Shown here: positions 59,170-64,000 of the stretch, one piece after another
Numbering within the stretch: position 1 is the stretch's first letter
Layout: every line of letters starts with the position of its first letter
DNA from: Chrysemys picta bellii
Taxonomy: Eukaryota
Reading direction: 5' to 3'
DNA length: 64,000 bases
Assembly (NCBI RefSeq): GCF_011386835.1
Contig: NC_088791.1
Coordinates: 15,376,001-15,440,000, forward strand
The notes under the pieces: model-generated
Told to the model about the DNA's origin: nothing
What the model saw: the letters and a program-made list of their open reading frames with translations, nothing else
Database searches by the model: none
Position numbers and translations under genes: made by a program

Positions 59170-60471
59170 TCAATTAAGAACGCTGCAATGTACTGCCTGG
59201 CACATAAAGGCCTCCCACTTTTTAACCTGGAGCAATAGCAAAGTACCTTCAGCCCAAAACTTGAAGTGAGCTGTTAGACTAACTCCTTTCCTATGTCTTG
59301 CTCACTGTACAATTGAACTTAGCTGCTACTGCTGTCTGGGCACAGTGTTTAACCATTCTTCACATAAAAGAATTCTGACTGCTTCAAACAATGTTGCTTC
59401 GGTCCAACAAATGCTTTCTCTCTCTTGTTTATATTTTTCATTCATCTCCTTTTTCTGAAGAGAGATGTAGATGTTTGAGGATGAGTATTAACAGATACCC
59501 CTGGAAACATTAAGTCTTCCACTTATCGTCAGAACAAGTATAGAAGAGAGTGCACGTTTCTTTCATGTTCTGGAGGAGCCAGAGCTCAGTCTGCAGGCCC
59601 ATTTAATCTTTAACTTCTCTGCTGACAAGGCTGCTAGCAAGGGTGCCTATTAGTGCTAGATGGGGTGATGATCTGGTGAGGTGGATATATATCCACCAGG
59701 AAACAGACTAAGACCATCAATTCATTTCATATAGGACCTCGAGTAATTAGAATGATAATGAATTTCACTTCCTACTAACAGGGGCTTAGTTTGAACTAGG
59801 GGTTTAAGAGATGAAAGGTTTTGTATTCCATTAGTCATCTACTGTCTTCCCACCATGTACACAGTTTATATTTCTGCATAGGAAATATTATTTTCATTCT
59901 AAATAGGAAAAAGCTCACTATGCCTGAAATAACTTTCCATATCTTGAGTATCGATACCAGCTAACAGTAACAAGAGGCAGAAAGACATGCCATGCTTATA
60001 CTTTTCTGTAATTGTAAAACCACTGCCATTCCTGTCACTTGCATTAGCACTAGTTACAATGTTGAAAGTCTTGGAGACTAGGCTGCTGTTTGAGTGGTGA
60101 GGCAGCCAAGAAATTAAGTGACACTGAATTGGTCTTCTCTGATGACTATGGGATAGCACAATTTTAAATTAAGCCTCCATGCCTGTCACAGTCAGCTATT
60201 TCACAAGTTTCGGAAACATAAGTTCTGAAATAATGAGGGACTGACAGTACAAGAGTCAATAGTCATCTGGCATGTTCACAGGCCGTATACGTTTTGCCAT
60301 TCCTTGCTGTTCTTCATTGCTCATACAGGTGCAGCAGGGGTCATCACAATCTAGTAGGTAAACAAATTCAGTCTCTTTGTTCAACCAGTGTTACAGCTCT
60401 CTCTCTCTCATTTTAAGATATATATAATGAAAGTTTTTAAAGAGGTGGATTATTTGGAAAGACAAAACTAT

Positions 60472-60636
60472 GAGATAGCTCAGTGGTATGAGCATTGGCC
60501 TGCTAAACCCATGGTTGTGAGTTCAATGCTTGAGGGGGCCATTTAGGGAACTGGGGTAAAAATCTGTCTGGGGATTGGTCCTGCGTTGGACTAGATGACC
60601 TTCTGAGGTCCCTTCCAACCCTGATATTCTACGATT
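60472..60636 (+). mobile_element. Tortoise polIII/SINE
   Basis: GAGATAGCTCAGTGGTATGAGCATTGGCCTGCTAAACCC...GAGTTCAATGC head; GGACTAGATGACC...GAGGTCCCTTCCAACCCTGATATTCT CR1-type tail. Confidence 0.88.
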
Positions 60637-62100
60637 GTTCTTTGGATTCAGGCCTGCGTTAGATCAGTAAAACCAATGGCATAGTCCAGTCTTGCAGTTC
60701 CTGATATAGAGAGTAGCGACTGGTTAACTGCATGTACAATGTTATATTATGTTATAGTCAAGACTCTGTAAACCATAACTTCCATTTGAAAATAATTATT
60801 CATAGGTATTATTAATGTAAGTAAAATGTGGCATATCCCCAGTGAGAAATTGTGACAATTAACTTCTAAAACCATCTGAAACCATCTTACAAAACAAAGA
60901 ATTTATTTATAGGATGAGCCATTTAAAAAAATGGGCTTGTTTGGGGATTTCCCAGTAAAACAAGGTGAATCAACAGTCTACTACATATAAGAAAATATAG
61001 TGGGTCAGGTTCTCAGTTGGTGTCAATTGATGTAGTTCCAATAAAAAAATATCAATGCAGCTAAACTGATTTACTCCAGCACATGGCCTGGTATATATAA
61101 TTCAAAGATGATCTAGCAGGTTCTCGTAATGAATGTTTATTGAGATTTCATATATTCCTGTTTTCAACTGGCTCAAAGTTCCCTCAGAAGGTGAGTGTTA
61201 TTAAGATACTCTAAGTAAAGTATGTCTACACTAGATATGCTACTGCAGCTGACATTCTGTAGATCTTTCTCAAGAGGTTCCGAGGAAAAACTATTCTTGG
61301 TTATTAAATGTATTATAATGGATATGGGCAATAACATCATATCAGCAAAATGACTGACCACCATGAAGTTTTGTTATCTAGTCATATCCTATTGCTCTTA
61401 TTAAATATTATTTTACTTGTTGGTTTACTTTGATTTGTTAAAAGCATCTATTCAAAAACGAAGGGCCGAGAGTATAGCACTGTCCATTATAACCGTGGCT
61501 CTATGCCTGGTAAGCCAAAATCCTCGAAAATTAAAGCAAGAAGCAGCTCTGACCTATAGTCCAAAGCCTTCATGAACTCTACTGTGAAAATTGAAGCCAT
61601 AATTTTCATTCCAGAGGCAAGTGAGCTACTGGAACTCTGTTTTCACTACACAGTAAGTAGTTTAAAAAAACCAACAAGATACACCCTGCGATTTTGGATT
61701 AATCTTTTACTGTAATGAAGAGAATGTTTCCAAACTAATATATGTTGTAGCATGGCCTGAATAAGTCTCAGCACATTGTAAAAAAAATTGATTAGATTTT
61801 AGTATATACTATTCATGTTCAATAGAAACAGATTTTAGTAGAATCTGAGCCAGCTACAGTCATCAGGAAGTTATTCTCGCCATAATGCATGTGTGGACCA
61901 TTCCCACTAAAAAGGTTACATGAACATTACTTATTGTTTGGCTTGAATATGCTCAACATTGTAATGAAAATAACAAACAGTCCCAGCCCAAGGATTTCAT
62001 AACTGAGAGGTAAGCAGAGTGTACACTCTATTTCTTATGCCCAAGTTCTGAAAAAAATTCATTCCTCCTACCACGGCTACCCTTTGGGTGAAGAAGAGGC

Positions 62101-64000
62101 TACTCATCTTGCGCAGTAGTTGCAGTTCTTCGAGATGTGTCTCACTATGGGTGCTCCATTTAAGATGCGCCTGCTCCCCTTGAGCCCTTGATCAGAAATT
62201 TTTCTAATAGTCACATCCTTTTTACCCATTCATGTGTCCTATGTATCCTTGTGCTGCCCACTGAGGGTATATAGCCCTCAGTTCCTTCTCCATCCAAATA
62301 TCCTAAGAGAACAGAGGAAGGAGGGTGGGTCGTGGAGCATGCATTGGGACATATATCTTGAAGAATTGTAGTTACTGCAGAAGGTGACCTCTTCTTCTTG
62401 AGTAGGATCCCTATGAGTGCTCCACTTCAAGTAGTACTTCGAAGAGTAACTTCTTTTTCTTCTTCTTCAATAGGTGTCCTTATGGGTGCTCTATTTCAAG
62501 TGACGCCCAAACAAGATCCTCAGAAGGAGGAGGAAGCTTCAGAATTGAGTCTAGAACTGAAGATAGTACCGCATTACCAAGTGCCACATAGGAGCTGGTG
62601 GCACGGATCAAGGCAGAGTGCTTAGAAAATGATTGTGCTGAAGCCCATGTAGTGGCTGTACATATCTTAGACATTGGGATGTACTTGAGTAATGCTGTGG
62701 ATGTTGCTTCTGGTCTGGGAGTGTGTGCTATCACCCTTTGGGAGGGTTGAGCAGCAGCTGTATTGTAACAGGCAACAATACATGAGAGATCCACCTCGAC
62801 AGTCTCTCAAGAGAGACTGCGAACCGCTTGGATTTGTCTGCAATGGAAAAAACTGCCTATGTGACTTCTGAAATTGCATGGTCATATCTAGGTAGAAAGC
62901 CAATATTATTCCTTTCTAACATCTAAGGTAGTAAAACAGGTCTCCTGTTGAGATGTATGCAGTTTTGGGAAAAAACGCTGGTAGATGAATGGACTGGTTA
63001 AGATGAAATTCCGATAGTACCTTAGGTAAGAATTTATGGTGTGGCATGAAGAGACCTTGTCTTTGAAGAACACCATAAAGGGGGGGATCCGCCATCAAGG
63101 CCCCAATTTCTCTGACCCAAGGGGCCAACTTGACAGTTACCTAAAAGGACATTTTCATACATAAGTGGAGCAAGGAACAGTTTGCCATTGGCTTGTATGC
63201 AAGTCTCATAAGATATTTAAGTACCAAGTTGAGGTCCCAAGTCTGAGTGGGAACTCTAACATGGGGATAAAGGTTCCCAAACATTTAATAAATCTTGGCG
63301 ACATAGGGTGAGCAAATGGTTCTGGCTAATAATTCACCATCCAAGATGATGGGCTAAGATTGTTCCCTATGTTCCTAAGGAAAGTATTCAATAAAAGCCA
63401 GTTTATAAAATTATATTTGGCCATGATCACCTATAGTTTGTGATCTGAAATTGCAGGGTCATGGACGAATAAGACTTCCATTCAGAAAGGTCTAGTCTTT
63501 TTTGGTCCTTGTCATACAGCGTAGGCTTGGAGTAGCATTGCTTACCCCATTCATTTATTGCATTTATCACCAGGGAGTTAGGTGCGGAGAGGCAGAACAA
63601 AAATTTGGAGTCTTTGGGGGGAACATAATATTTTTTATCCTCCCATTTACTAGTTGGTGGAATGATAGCAGGTGTTTGCCACACTGTCTTTGCCAGGAGC
63701 GTCTCATTAACAGGTAACACAACCCGTGGGAATGTTGCTGACTTCAAGATTTTAGACCTTGACTTCTTGGAATAGTATTTGAAGAGTGTCAGCTACCTCT
63801 TTATAAGGTAATCAAATTGCCAGAAATTGTCAGCCAGGGACAGTGGTGGAAGCATAACTGCCTCATCTGAAGACAAGGCCACCACTCAAATAAGAGTGAG
63901 TGGTGGCCTTCTTATGCACCGTAGCCCCCTACTCCTCCAACTTCTTCTGTTCGTGAGCTGGTTGGGGAGAAGACTATTGGAAAACTCTAGTCTTCCTATG
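62101..64000 (-). mobile_element. DIRS-type retrotransposon C remnant (ORF1 C-terminal part, tyrosine recombinase, 3' repeats) in a USP6NL intron
   Basis: VIAHTPRPEATSTALLKYIPMSKICTATTWASAQSFSKH and PHHKFLPKVLSEFHLNQSIHLPAFFPK are YR-like. WQTPAIIPPTSKWEDKKYYVPPKD...YDKDQKRLDL is ORF1-like. GTTCTTC...ATGGGTGCTCC terminal-repeat units at 62125, 62395 and 62460. Confidence 0.8.

Overview
Vertebrate genomic DNA, very probably turtle. The call rests on tortoise polIII/SINEs (tRNA-like head plus CR1 tail) and the turtle-type CR1, DIRS, Harbinger and Penelope repeat set; species cannot be determined. The only host gene is the 3' part of USP6NL (RN-tre, a TBC-domain Rab-GAP) on the minus strand. It has four coding exons with canonical AG/GT sites and matching phases (59077-59142, 58888-58987, 52578-52730, terminal exon 36142-37592) and a 3'UTR running leftward to roughly 33.3 kb. 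The left ~33 kb is intergenic and dense with transposons, including two multi-layer nests (1-7078 and 16288-18569), several hAT MITEs with 8-bp TSDs and a 1.6-kb solo LTR. The most interesting unexplained structure is a repeat-free block (~42.9-45.5 kb) in the 15-kb last intron of USP6NL. It holds an in-frame 51-nt cassette-exon candidate followed by two UGCAUG (RBFOX) motifs, a second in-frame 42-nt candidate, a possible recursive splice site and two stop-containing exon candidates. All would splice in at the junction between the TBC domain and the long low-complexity C-terminal tail. These were read by eye and need RNA-seq and alignment checks. Repeat family names come from recalled motifs, not from a database search. 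There is a 137-nt assembly gap at 38269-38405.
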